From assembly GCF_006345805.1 (NCBI RefSeq), contig NC_043001.1, forward strand, positions 31,000,001 to 31,064,000: a stretch of DNA of 64,000 nucleotides. The letters are read 5' to 3'. Positions 39,581 through 53,530 of the stretch are shown in pieces (positions within the stretch are counted from its first letter, which is position 1; the number at the start of each line of letters is the position of its first letter). The translations under genes were made by a program, and so were the position numbers. The notes beneath the pieces were generated by a model. That model saw only the letters and a list, made by a program, of their open reading frames with translations, was not told the DNA's origin and searched no databases. Source of the stretch: Octopus sinensis (Eukaryota).

Positions 39581-39950
39581 GCAGAGGCATAGTCGTGTGG
39601 TTGAAAAGCTCGCTTTATATCCAGTAGTTTCAGGTTCAGTCCCCCTGCGCAGTATCTTGGGCATATCTAATGTCTTGTGAACGAATTTATCATAAGGAAA
39701 TTGTGAGGAAACTCGTCGTATCTATGTGTGTGTGTGTTTGTGTTTGTGTTGAAATTGTCCCTTACCATCACTTGACAATTGGTGTTGATTTTCTTACATC
39801 CCTGTAACATAAGCGGTTCTGCAAAGAGACCGATAGAATAAGTACCGAATTCAAAAATAAGTCCTGCGGTTCATTTGTTCTACTAAACCCTTCAATGCGT
39901 TGCCCCAGGATGTCAGCAGTTCAATGACCGAAACAAGTAGAAAATAAAAA
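39581..39950 (+). mobile_element. SINE family B, old diverged copy
   Basis: GGTTCAGTCCC head; tail CTTGACAA...GACCGATAGAATAAGTAC...GAAACAAGTA. Confidence 0.7.
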
Positions 39951-40750
39951 ATATAAATGCTAACCTGTTTTAAGTAATAAATATGACATATAGCATTAGA
40001 AAATAAACAACTTTTATCAGCTATGAAGTACGATATGCAACTAATTTAATGTTAACGTCATTCAATTTGACAAACCAAAGTAGGAAAATTTATCCCACTA
40101 GTAAAAAATTGTTGCTCACTGATCGAGCAGGTTTGAAAAAAAAAAGTACTTCAGTGTTGAGGACTAACAAAGCTGAAGCATGAAAATTAAGTGGAAATTT
40201 CTTGAAATTTTCTGGTTAACTTAATTGAACAGACCTGTGAAAGCCTTCACCAAAGGTATTCCGGCCATGTGAAAGCCTTCACCAAAGGCATTCCGGCCAT
40301 GTCCATTCCATCGTTTTAGGGGATGTTTATGACTACATTGTCCAATATGTCCTTCATTATTTAAAGACTGTGAATAGCACTGGGTTAACCATTAAAGAAT
40401 ATAAGCACGTGGTAAGGGCATCAAGGGAAGAGGGCGTCACAGAAATGGTAAATGGTTTATGGCACAAAAAAATCATTTAAAACTTGCTAAAATAATATTT
40501 GAATTGGTTTATACGGTCGGAAATATATTTCCGAAGTGTTCATGATGTCATTAGTGCGGGTCTGATTAAAGACTTTGCAATTAAAAAAAGTAGGAGAAAA
40601 CCTCAAATATTAACAAAAATAAACATTATTTTCCATCTTGCAGTTAGTTCTGTTTCCTTTTGAAAAATAAAAATTTATTTTATGGCTTATAATTTATATT
40701 TTGAGTTATATATGTATATGTTGGCCCCCAAGTCTTTTAAGTGCTTAGGG

Positions 40751-40897
40751 CAATGGTTCCCAACCTTTTCACTACCAAGGACCCTTTTTATTTATATGAC
40801 TTTTGCCCCGGACCCCAGGGTATTGAAAAGACTGTCAGCTTAATATGTTCACGGACTCCCAGTACTACCATTGCGGACCACAGGTTGGGAACCACTG
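40751..40897. mobile_element. hAT(Charlie)-like MITE with 8-bp TSD
   Basis: TIRs CAATGGTTCCCAACCT / AGGTTGGGAACCACTG; TSD GCTTAGGG / ACTTAGGG. Confidence 0.85.
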
Positions 40898-40966
40898 ACT
40901 TAGGGCATCTATGGATCTTAATCCTGCCGTGACTGTGAGGATGATTTGAGGAATTATATATATAAT

Positions 40967-41038
40967 TTTGTAGACGGAAACTGTGCGGAAGTCCGTTACA
41001 CCCACACAACGGACTTCCGCACAGTTTCCGTCTACAAA
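40967..41038. repeat. Perfect 31-bp inverted repeat with 10-nt loop
   Basis: TTTGTAGACGGAAACTGTGCGGAAGTCCGTT-ACACCCACAC-AACGGACTTCCGCACAGTTTCCGTCTACAAA. Confidence 0.95.
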
Positions 41039-41122
41039 GTTCACTCACAAAGTATTGGTTGGCCAGAACAACTGTAGAAGTTACGTAACCACGGTGCCGC
41101 GTTATGGGTTTTGTATATATCT

Positions 41123-41306
41123 CTTTTACTCTTTTACTCTTTTACTTGTTTCAGTCATTTGACTGTGGCCATGCTGGAGCACCGCCTTTAGTCGAGCAAA
41201 TCAACCCCAGGACTTATTCTTTGTAAGCCTAGTACTTATTCTATCGGTTCTCTTTTGCCGAACCGCTAAGTTACGAGGACGTAAGCACACCAGCATCGGT
41301 TGTCAA

Positions 41307-41388
<82 letters not shown>

Positions 41389-41553
41389 CGACGGGCTTTC
41401 AGTTTCTGTCTACCACATCCACTCACAAGGCTTTGGTCGGCCCGAGGCTACAGTAGAAGACACTTGCTGAAGGTGAAAGTGCCACGCAGTGGGACTGAAC
41501 CCGGAACCATGTGGTTCGTAAGCAAGCTACTTACCACACAGCCACTCCTACGC
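41123..41553 (-). mobile_element. SINE family B with internal (CA)n(TA)n
   Basis: Reverse-complement match to head and tail. Confidence 0.88.
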
Positions 41554-42280
41554 TTATTTATTTTGCTTTGATGGTTGGGTGAAATTACAAGTATTGTCCT
41601 CCCTTCACTTACGTGGTTTACATTTGTCTTTCAATTTACATTGTTTTGACCTTAACAAGTTTCAGTCTAATTTAATAATGGACAACCTTTCACCCAAGGT
41701 ATTCTAATAAGATTCGTACAATCTTCATGATTATGTACACCTACGCTTTTCTGCAGAATGCCTGAAGAGAGTGGCAGCTGAATTCTTTTTTTTTAATTTC
41801 GTTTTTTTGTTTCTTTTCACTATAATTGACAGCACTACAGGATGTTATGTGAGGTATAAGCTGAGAAGATCTCTTTTTCTCTTTTGGTGTTTGTGGCAGC
41901 GGTAATGTTGGCAGTGGTGGTGGTCGTCATGGTGATGGTGTGTAAAGGTAGTGCATGTACATGTATGTGTGTGTGTATGTATATACATACATACATACAT
42001 ATATATATATATATACACACACATACTTGTACATACATACATACATACATACATACATTCGTACATATATGCTGCATACAGATATTGCACACACATACGT
42101 ATCAACGTGCATAGATACGCTGTTGATGTTGTTGAAATTCCAATGACGGAACTTTGGATTTAGGTTAGAAACCGGCTCTTTCTGTTTTGGCAAGGTATCT
42201 TGAAATAAAAACTGAGTAACACACACACACACACACATCGAAATTATGGAGGTAGTGGTAATGGTGATGTGGTGATGATA

Positions 42281-42328
<48 letters not shown>

Positions 42329-42601
42329 GTGGTAGTGGTTGTTGTTGTTGGTGGTGGTGGGAGTGGGTAGCAATGGTAATAAAGAAATAACTTTATGGAG
42401 TGGAATATAAGAAATGTACGGCTTGAAAGTTCGCTAGGAAAAGTTCGCTGCTCAAATATTCATCCTGTGTTTGGTTATTAAGTGTCCATGAGTGATGTCT
42501 GGAAGAGTAACAACGTGCGAGTAATATGTGTGAATGCAAGAATGTCTATAAGTATCTGTTTGCATATGAGTGTGCGTGTGTGTGTGTGTGTGTGTGGTGT
42601 G

Positions 42602-42648
<47 letters not shown>

Positions 42649-42931
42649 AGTCTCTGTCGTATGGTTGCATGTGTGCACCTTTAGGTATGCAAATGCGACG
42701 AGCAAAGTACATTGTACTTCAGTGTGATGTACGTGGGTTTGTGTCTGTATGCGTACATGGTGTTGTGTTATGTGTTTACGCACACACACACACATACACA
42801 CACACACTCATGTACGCATACATGCACAAATATATGTGTATGTATTTATCTGTGTTTGTGTAGTTTATATATATATATATATGTAAATGTATACATATAT
42901 ACAATATATGTATACATATATATATACATAC

Positions 42932-42971
<40 letters not shown>

Positions 42972-42975
<4 letters not shown>

Positions 42976-43812
42976 GTGAAATAGAAGAGAATAATCTTGT
43001 AGTAGATTAATCAACAGTTTTACCGATACCGTATTAGCAAAAATCACAGCAGTAAACAGCACGGTTGGAGGTACAACCATCTGGCGTTTGCAAACCGTGC
43101 GTTGGTGCGGATAATTGAAATTAAAACATATTGGTGAATTGAAGAAATGGAGCTGAACGCAGATTGAACAGAATCGTTTTATTTCATTCTACACGTGTTT
43201 CGAAAGGCACAAATTACCAAAATCCGATTGAATAATGGGACCATATTGTGTCTTTCTCTTCAGGAAGAAAAAGGAAATCCGTGGAAAAACAAAAACAGAA
43301 ACAGAGGCGGAGCAAAAACCAAATCGAACTGTGCTCTTAAGAGCCCATGGCGAAACTGTTTTATCAGTTATGTTTGAGAAACCGGTGGCTGAAGAATCAA
43401 CGGGTCAGGCATCGGTCAATCAAGTGGGTGAGGTGTATATATGTTCTTTGTGACCGAGAATACGTTCTGACTATTTAAAGAATATTGGATGTTTTATAAG
43501 TGGCGAGAAAAATCTACTTAGAACGTGTGTGTGTGTGTATACTGTTCTAATAATGGTGTGTTGGCGTAGGGGTAGAAAACTTTTTGTGTACGTGTATGCG
43601 TTTGATCGTTCGGCTGTCAGTGGCTACTGCCGTGATAACGTTGGGGGTGCAGAAAGAAAAAGTTAAAAAAATTATATATATATAAAGACACAATATGGTC
43701 CCATTATTCAATCGGATTTTGGTAATTGTGCCTTTCGAAACACGTGTAGAATGAATAAACGATTTCTGTTCAATCTGCGTCAGCTCCATTTCTTCAATTC
43801 ACCAATAATGTT
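42972..43812 (-). mobile_element. Non-coding hammerhead-bearing Penelope-like unit with 5' inverted segment
   Basis: Bounded by (TA)n; 43684-43812 is the reverse complement of 43125-43255; hammerhead at 43182-43270. Confidence 0.65.
43182..43270 (-). ncRNA. Type I hammerhead ribozyme with fully canonical core (predicted cleavage between 43190 and 43189)
   Basis: Minus strand TTTCTTC-CTGAAGA-GAAAGACACAA...TTGTGCCTTTC-GAAACACGTGT-A-GAATGAAA: stem I 7 bp with a bulge, stem II 10 of 11 bp, palindromic stem III ACACGTGT, GUA site. Confidence 0.8.
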
Positions 43813-44295
43813 ATATATATATATATTATATTTAAGTAAGTATGTTTGCATGCGTGTGTGTACTTTAGTATGTTTGAGATAATGGATGCTATTAGTCTAC
43901 GTATTGTTACGTGCACAAAAGCTATGCGTATATTTTGTGTATTTATAGATGCTTTTTTTTCTGTCTGTATTTTCTTCGTCTTGCTTATGAGAATGCAAGA
44001 ATATATGTATGTATAGAATACTTCTATACCGATGTTCCAACTTTCTCTTTTCTCTCTCTCTCTCTCTGTCTCTTTTCTCTCCTCTCCCTGTGTGTTTGTG
44101 CATGTGAGTATGTGTGAGAGTGTATGTATTCATGTGTGTATGTGTGTGTTTGTGTGTGTATGTGTGTATGTGTCTGTGTGTGTGTAACTATGTCTCCCAC
44201 TCTATTAGAGTGTGTAAATATGCATACACACACAAAGATATACACACACATATATGCATGTATATATATATGCATATGGACATGAATACACACAC

Positions 44296-44368
<73 letters not shown>

Positions 44369-44662
44369 CCTGCATTGTTTATTGTTTTTTTCGTTCATTG
44401 CATTTATAACATACATACATACATACGTACACACACGCACAAACACACACACAAATACACACACACACACACAAACACATACACACACAAACGCACACAC
44501 ACACACATATAAATACATACACACACACAGACACATGCACACACATATATATGCATTCATATACGCGCGCTCGCACGCACCTGCGTGCGTACGTTCAAGT
44601 ATGCAAGGTTTTTTGTTTTGTTTTGTTATTGTTGTTTTTTTTTGTTTTAGGTGGTCTCTCTC

Positions 44663-44703
<41 letters not shown>

Positions 44704-45401
44704 CATTTCCCTGCACCCTAGCCACACTCTCATTCGCTATGTTTCCGAATGTCTATGTATATGCATGTCTCAAAAGGAATACAACCTTAAGACGTCTACC
44801 TGTTTCAATAATTAGATTACATTGCCATGTCACACACGTCTATATTTAACATACTATTATTCATCGGGTGCGAGCCGGTTGGGTGGCGGTCGAGGTGAGC
44901 TAAAAGAGAATAGAGTTTGAGATTAGTCGACTTATAAAGAGAGTGGTGAGTGCAGCTTCTACCGCATTCTTACTAACTTACTTAGCTTGCAAGATTATTT
45001 ATTAGTTTTGTGTACAAGTAGTTTAATATGATATTCATATTATTCCGACACATTCCTTACCAGTTGCATGAAACTGAACAGTTAGCTGAGGAGGTAGCAA
45101 GAAAATCGTTAGCAACAGATAATTTAAGCAAATTAGCGAGAGCTTTCAACACGTTGTAGATATTATAGAAACGGTTTGTTGTTAGTTCGTAGACAATTCG
45201 AACCATTTGCAACATATAACAGAAAACAAAATAACATTAATGCCACCGTTTATGCAAAATTGTTTAGCAACAGGTGGGTTTTTTTTTTTAAATGAACGAA
45301 AAGCTTTCGAAAATTTTGCGATGGTTAAAATGACGGACCGAAATTGGTTAATCCTTAAAATCGTGCTGGGAGAGAGAGAGAGAGAGAGGGAGAGAGAGAG
45401 T

Positions 45402-45447
<46 letters not shown>

Positions 45448-45959
45448 AACCAGGAAATCGCTATACTGTAGCTGACATCAATGAGAGACCTTCCACACTA
45501 GTGGAATAATAAAATTCATTCAAAAGGGTACAAGAAAGAAATTCTGAGCAATTAGGAGTTTATTTCAAAAATACCCTTCTTTTTTTTTCACTTTTCAAGT
45601 TGGCATGACATGATTTGAGGGAGATTTTGCTGCTCTGTCTAGCAAATTGAGTGATCACGTAGATACTCTTTCGTTAATTCGAAAAACGTAGTGTTAACGG
45701 AAAAGTGAGAAATGTGATTCTATGACGTTCATCCCTTTTTATTGGTAACTTCGTTGAAGTGGAATGGACCGCATGTTATTCGCATTTAAATAGCCTTTCT
45801 ATTGTTGGAGACCACAAACGATATTTTTTCACATCCAACATTTACGTAGTACGACTCAAAATTATGTGATACTATTTTTATCGTATTTGTTTGTTTAAAT
45901 GATAGCTTGAATTTGTTGGAGCTAAGCAGCAGTCAGAATTGTATTTTAATAATTGATTA

Positions 45960-46779
45960 CAGTGATCCCTCATTTATCGCGGTAGATTGGTTCCGAGACC
46001 GGCCGCGATAACTGAATTTCCGCGAAGCAGGGACACCATATTTACAGTATTTATTTAACGTGTATTTGGACTTTTAAAACCCTCCCTGTACTGTTAACAA
46101 CCTGCCCATTACAGTAGTCTATTAGTAACAAGGACAACAGTTAAGCAATAACACTTTAGATTTAAAAAAATAAAGATCATTACTGTACTCAACACGAAAG
46201 AAGTTGAAGTAAAATTTGAATGATGACGGTGATGAATTTGCTGCGCAGTAGAAATGATGATGATAAAATAAACGGCGGTGCCCTTTCCTGGGACACCTCT
46301 TCCACTTCTTCCGAAGGTGCAACCGTAGTAGTAGCAGCAGGACTTGTAAATAAGTCCTGGCTTTAACAAAAATCCCGCAGCATTGCCACACATCACGAGG
46401 GTCACATGGTCCTTCTATGCTTTAGAGTCAGAAGCTTTTGCTTCCTCTTTGAACCGGAAAGTTCGTGACGGCATTCTTTTCCAAAACAAGCTCGTCTCGT
46501 CCGTATTAAAAACTTGTTCGGGCTTATATCCACCTTCGGTGATAATCTTCTTGAAAGTTTCATACACATATGCTTCAGCAGCGGTATTGTCAGCAGAAGC
46601 AGCCTCGCCATGCAGGGAAACGCCTTTTAGGCCGAAGCATTTCTGTAACTCAACAAACCACCCTTTGCTAGCAGAAAAAGGACGTTTTTTAGGCTGTGAA
46701 TCACTGAGCGTCCCTGATTAAAAATCCGCGAAGTCGTGAATCCGCGATAGTTGAACCGTGAAGTAGCGAAGGATTACTG
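45960..46779 (-). mobile_element. Tigger/pogo DNA transposon, internally deleted
   Basis: TA|CAGTGATCCCTC...GAAGGATTACTG|TA (TIRs and TA TSD). The minus strand encodes FSASKGWF...LHGEAASAD...YKPEQVFNTDETSLFWKRMP and TLVMCGNAAG..LKP (CENP-B HTH / DDE_1-type). Confidence 0.9.
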
Positions 46780-47731
46780 TACTACACAAAATACATGAAT
46801 TACTATATATGTTGTCCAGCTTTACTAAACATGTTATATATTGAGCAAGTTTCGGTTTATACAGCAAAAGAGCAAAACAAAATAGAAATATGTTTATCCG
46901 TACGTTGCAACGCAATGTCTTTAAGAATTTGTAACCTATAGTAATTACAAGTGCAAAATAACATTTTAATACTAATTATATCGGTACAGAAATATATTTC
47001 CCGTGAAAGGATTTTTTTCCGATCTGCTATGACTTCAATAAAAAACCGGTACTTCTCAACTCATCTTTGACGTTCCCTTGTTGTGAATATGTGGGGAAAA
47101 GGAATGAGAAATAGTTTCTAAGTAGACAATATTCTAATACAGCGTTTGGACGCTATACAGATTCTTCGGTGAAATCTTGTATTTCTAGTGAAAATGGGAA
47201 TGTGGTTCTATGGTAAGAAGTTTGCTTCCCAACCACATGGTTCTGGGTTTAGTCCTACTGTGGGGTAGCATGGACAAGTTTCTTCTGCTATAGTCTCGAA
47301 ATGACCAAAGCCTTGTGAGTGGATCTGGTAGACAGAAACTGAAAGAAACCTGTCGTGTGTGTGTGTGTCGCAAAAAATCCCAAATTTTATTTAATTTGCT
47401 TTGCGGGAAGGACTGTTTCAACGAAGTCGTGTCTCGCCTTTACCTTCGAAACACGGAGTAGACGAAGCAGAGGCGGCCGAAGAAGGGGAATTTTCCTTGT
47501 GTTGTATGTCTTGTACTCTGTTTTTTCGTTGTTTAAAAAAATGTCCGTTTCCATGGTTTTGTTTTTATGTTTTCGTTTCTCATTGTGTTCGACGTTTTTA
47601 TGGTGTCCTGTACCCTTATATGCATGTATATATACATATAGATGTAGGTACGCACATATATGTATGTATATATGCATGTGTTTTATTATTATTTTGTTAT
47701 TATATGATGGAACGCCACGCATCCACTTCCA

Positions 47732-47774
<43 letters not shown>

Positions 47775-47958
47775 ATATATATATATATATATATTATTTA
47801 TTTATAACAGTTTGTTCGACTCTATGCAACTTAAAGTTTCGTAGGCTTCTAAAGAAAATTTAAGTTGCATGGGGCCGAATCAGACTGTTTTAAATAATAT
47901 ATATGTAAATACTACCAGAGGCGTTGACTGCCTCTTTCTTTCTTTGTCCCATTCACCC

Positions 47959-48032
<74 letters not shown>

Positions 48033-48258
48033 TGCATACATATATATAATATATATATATATATGTATGTATATATATATATATATATAATATATATATT
48101 ATATAATGTATGCATATATATATATATATGCATACATATATATAATATATATATATATATATAGCCAAATCGAATAATCGAACATTAAAAATAACAATGC
48201 GCACATGGAATGTATTAGTTAGACTAGACGCTCAGTAAAAGAGGAAAAAAGAGAGAGG

Positions 48259-48293
48259 TTTTGACGTTTTGAGCCTAGCTCTTCGTCAGAAAG
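48259..48293 (-). ncRNA. Minimal hammerhead relic (G12A)
   Basis: Minus strand TTT-CTGACGA-A-GAGC(TAG)GCTC-AAAACGT-C-AAA; one CpG-type change from GAAA. Confidence 0.6.
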
Positions 48294-48641
48294 CAAAACA
48301 GGAAAGTTTAGAGAAGGAAAAATATCCCCAACAGCACATGTCGTCCCCTACCATGCTTGACAACTGCTGTTGGTATGTTTACATCCCCATAACTAAGCGG
48401 TTCGGCCAAAGTATTCGATAGAATAAGTACCAACCTTAAAAATAGAAGTACTGAAATCGATTCGTTCGACTAGGAATTCTTCAACGCGATGCTCCAGCGT
48501 GGCCGCAGTCGAACGACTGAAACAAGTTAAAGATAATTTTGGTTTCGCACCTTTCAATTTATTCAGCGTGTAGTTTAGTCTAATCGTAATTGTTTTTTCC
48601 ACCCCTCTCTCGCCTTATTTCTTCATATTTGTGTGAGTTCT

Positions 48642-49500
<859 letters not shown>

Positions 49501-49720
49501 TCAGAATTTTTGTTAACGTCATCAAATTCTTTTGTGGCAACGAAATCAGGCGTGTTGGTAATCTATGGTAGTACGCTTGATATCCGTACAACTAAAAGAA
49601 ACTGAATGTAGCAATGTTCAGACTTTTATTGCTATTCTATTACTTATTTTCGTCGGTCTTACGCTTGGGTTTGCTAATGTCGGAACAATTTCCTTCTGTT
49701 AATTATAGAATTCTTCGGAA

Positions 49721-49758
<38 letters not shown>

Positions 49759-50064
49759 GTGTATGTGTGTAAGCGTGCTTATATGTGCTTGCAACGTTTT
49801 GAAATAAAAATTCGAAACGTTTAATTTAGCGAATGGCTTATCAGTATTCTTCCAAGTATGTTAAACTATTCTAGCAGAGAATCATCTTTTTAAGTTTGCA
49901 TGATTGTAATTAGGGCTGCTAAAATTATTGCTGATGTTACTGTTTTTGCTACTTTGTTTTGACCTTATGTTGCCGCTGTTCCATGGATTTAAGTTTTGTA
50001 TGAGTCATCATCATCATCATCGTCGTCGTCGTCCTCATCATTATTATGATTATTATTAATATAT

Positions 50065-50295
50065 ATTTCTTTACTGCCCACAAGTGGCTAAACATAGAGG
50101 AGACAAACAAGGACAGACAAACGGATTAAGTCGATTACATCGACCCCAGTGCGAAACTGGTACTTTATTTATCGACCTCGAAAGGATGAAGGGCAAAGTC
50201 GACCTCGGCGGAATTTGAACTCAGAACATAACGACAGACGAAATACCGCTAAGCATTTCGCCCGGCGTGCTAACGTTTCTGCCAGCTCGCCGCCT
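50065..50295 (-). mobile_element. SINE family A, full length
   Basis: Reverse complement of 618-848. Confidence 0.9.
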
Positions 50296-50506
50296 TCCAT
50301 TATGATTATTATTAATATAAGTTTGGCTTTTGCTTTGTCTTTGTACAGGTTGACTCCAAGTCTCATTAGAGACTTCAAGAGGCAACAAGTTAGAAGTTCA
50401 AGTTGGTATTATGACTAGGGTGCAATGTTTTTGGTTTTGCACAGAGTATTGTTCTAGAGAATGTCTGACAAAATATAAGTAAATTAAAAGTTTGTTTCAA
50501 AAGTAA

Positions 50507-50878
50507 TCTATATATATATAAAGCTGAAGTTGTCTGTGTATGGCAGATTTGGTAGCCTTCAACTAACACTATCTCCTCCGAGACCCTGCCGCGCAAGTTG
50601 ACCAAAATTGAGAGCATGATAGAAGAAGACTTGCTCTTCCTTCCGTAGAAGAAAAAATTCAAATCGGACCATGTTAACACCAAAAATTATTTACATCAAA
50701 AAGGTGCTTTTTTTCTATGAAAATCCCTATTTTTTTACGATTTTTTGACTGCTGTGTCGCCATTTTTCGGTGTATTTCAAGAGAATAACGAGCTACATAA
50801 TGCAAAATTTTTACTTTTCGAAAATTCCAATTCTATAGGGTCGAAACAAACCCGAGCAACGCCGGGTGATACTGCTAG
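50507..50878 (+). mobile_element. Non-autonomous Helitron, copy 2
   Basis: A|TC at the 5' end, subterminal hairpin CCCGAGCAACGCCGGG, CTAG|T at the 3' end, no TSD; paralogue at 33891. Confidence 0.9.
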
Positions 50879-50974
50879 TTTGATGATAAGATGATAATGT
50901 GATTTTACGATCACAGTAAAGGGTGTTTGCTATTGTGTACATATATAAGTACTTTTGATTGAGTTTACAGATTT

Positions 50975-51730
50975 AAATGTGTTTTGGACTAACATGGGCA
51001 ATATTTTTCGTTCGATATGAGCAGTTCTCATGAGCACTATTTTTTGAATTTCTTCTATTTTTGGACTTCCTGATATCTGAGACAGGTAACAATCAACCTC
51101 TTTTACTATCATTCCTAGAGCACCTGTGACAAGAGGCATTGTTTTAGTCTTGCGGTTCCACATTTTGCCAATTTCTATTTCAAAATCTTTATATTTTTTA
51201 CAGTTTTTGGTAGATCTTGACAGATACATTTATGTCGATTGGGACTGTCATAACGATGAGGAGGCATGATTTTTGTCAGAATTCCTTATTTGCGTCTATT
51301 TAACAGTTTGAACTGTAAAGTTTCATAGCAGTGAGATGTGATCATTTTCAAGCACTGGAAGTGGTTTGTGTTACTACCAGTTTTTATCATGGAGCAGGTC
51401 CAGGTCTCTTCAAATTACCTAGAGGATATACTGTGCCGCTCTATTATGCCTGTTGAGATACTCTGTAGGCGCAAGAAGGCTGCACATGGAGACAACACGA
51501 GCGATGATCTTTGCCTGTTGTTTACATAAATGATGTTGGGCTACTGCTGTTCATTAAGATGTTGACCTGATAGTTTCTTGTAGGTAGCCATTGATCTTGG
51601 GCTGCTATAATGAACCCTTCTTTCTCTTTGATTTTAAACCAGAAGACGCTAACCATTGATGGGTAAGGGCTTTGTCAACATCAGCATTATTAGCTCTTGT
51701 CGGGGAGATTTTTTGCTGCTATTTATCAGT
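50975..51730 (-). mobile_element. Dong/R4-like LINE 3' fragment (zinc knuckle plus restriction-like endonuclease)
   Basis: Minus strand gives HQWLASSGLKS..EGFIIAAQDQ, EYLNRHNRAA and KKYKDFEIEIGKMWNRKTKTMPLVTGALG...IQKIVL. Confidence 0.8.
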
Positions 51731-52348
51731 GAGAATTAAATTTGGAATCTAAATTTGGAATCTAAATTTGGAAATCTTTTTTTCTTTTTATAACCAAACT
51801 AAAGATTTTTTAATATCGTTTTCCGAAGTTTGAATCAAATGAGAAGTCGTTACCGGTTTTAGATTACTTTCCTATAAATATATAGGAAAGTCTTCACAAG
51901 CGCTTAATTCTAAGATATAAGAATAGCTAAGAATTAGTGAGTACTGAGTGTTTCCAGGATATTCTTTATTTCAGAGAGCTGTTGGGGAGTACAGTTATTA
52001 TTTTTATCTCCCCATTCAGAATTGTTTTTACACCAACTGCTAGTGCTGGCAAATTCTGCAAGGCTGTCTCTACCGTTGACCTTCTGGACAACTATCTCAT
52101 ATCACAGAGGTTTTCTTGGAGGTTGTTCAAAATATCTTACATGATTATGTTTTCTTTAGCACTGAAAGATGAAGTAAACTATCAGAAAAATACAAATACT
52201 TTCAAAAGTTAAATAAATAAAACTGAAATTGTGCATTGACTGAAACCAAAAAATATATTTATATTTGTTATTTTAAAGAGACAACAAGGATTTTATACTG
52301 TCTACAAGTAGAAATCTAATACAATTTTTTTGTTTTAATCAGTCTTAG

Positions 52349-52730
52349 GGGTAGGAGTGGCTGTGTGGTAAGTAGCTTGCTTACCAACCACATGGTTCCG
52401 GGTTCAGTCCCACTGCGTGGCACCTTGGACAAGTGTCTTCTACTATAGCCTCGGGCCGACCAAACCCTTGTGAGTGGATTTGGTAGACGGAAACTAAAAG
52501 AAGCTCGTCGTATATATGTATATATATATGTATGTGTGCGCATATGTTTTTGCGTCTGTGTTTGTCCCCCAACATCGCTTGACAACCGATGCTGGTGTTC
52601 TTAGCGGTCCGCCAAAAGACACCGATAGAATAAGTACTAGGCTCCCAAAGAATAAGTCCTAGGGTCGATTTACTCGACTAAAGGCGGTGCTCCAGCATGG
52701 CCACAGTCAAATGACTGAAACAAGTAAAAA
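52349..52730 (+). mobile_element. SINE family B
   Basis: Match to head and tail of 35094 and 55836. Confidence 0.9.
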
Positions 52731-53174
52731 AAAGAAGAGAAAGTCTTGAATATTTTCCTATATAGTATTTTTCGGTTAAACCCTGATTGCAGTGCTTTAA
52801 ATGATTACAGGATGGGGTGTCTCTGACCAGGAAAGCCTGTGTGATATCTATAGGCCCCATCTTATCTTTTATCTACTCGATGTGCTTCGAAAGCGATATT
52901 AAATTTCCTTAAGCATTTTAGTGTTATGCACGAAATAATTCCCGCCGACTTCAGTTGCCTATAATCCTCTCTAATTACTGACTTTGATAAGGTATTATTA
53001 GCATTATTTATATACTATCTTCTTTATCCTTTTTCATGTACTTTTGAATGATCATGGTATCTAGTTACAGAGGTTAGTGAACATTTCAAATTCAGTTGTG
53101 TTTTCATTTCCTCATTACTTATTAATTAATGTTTTCTCTGAAAAATGAGATAATGAATTTGCAATACATGCATA

Positions 53175-53209
<35 letters not shown>

Positions 53210-53254
53210 CAAACACATCATCTCGTTTTTCAGAAACAACATGTATATATTTTT

Positions 53255-53287
53255 ATGTATATATATATATATATATATAATATATAT

Positions 53288-53323
<36 letters not shown>

Positions 53324-53329
53324 CATATG

Positions 53330-53388
<59 letters not shown>

Positions 53389-53424
53389 CTATCTATCTAT
53401 CTATCTATGTATATATATATATAT

Positions 53425-53460
<36 letters not shown>

Positions 53461-53530
53461 ATATATATATAATATATAATATATATATAATATATATATA
53501 CACATATATATATTATATATACATATACAT
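53255..53530. repeat. Long imperfect (TA)n
   Basis: Direct reading. Confidence 0.95.

Noticed and set aside
43264-43427. Apparent coding exon (TCTTTCTCTTCAG acceptor, GTGAGG donor, open frame RKKKEIRG...VNQV)
   Set aside because: The 'acceptor' is the reverse complement of the hammerhead core and stem II, the peptide is unrecognisable, and no partner exons were found. Exonisation cannot be excluded without RNA-seq.
47400-47462. GAAGG/CCTTC-GAAACACGGAGTA partial hammerhead
   Set aside because: No CUGANGA-like 5' core and stem III is broken; at best a very old relic.
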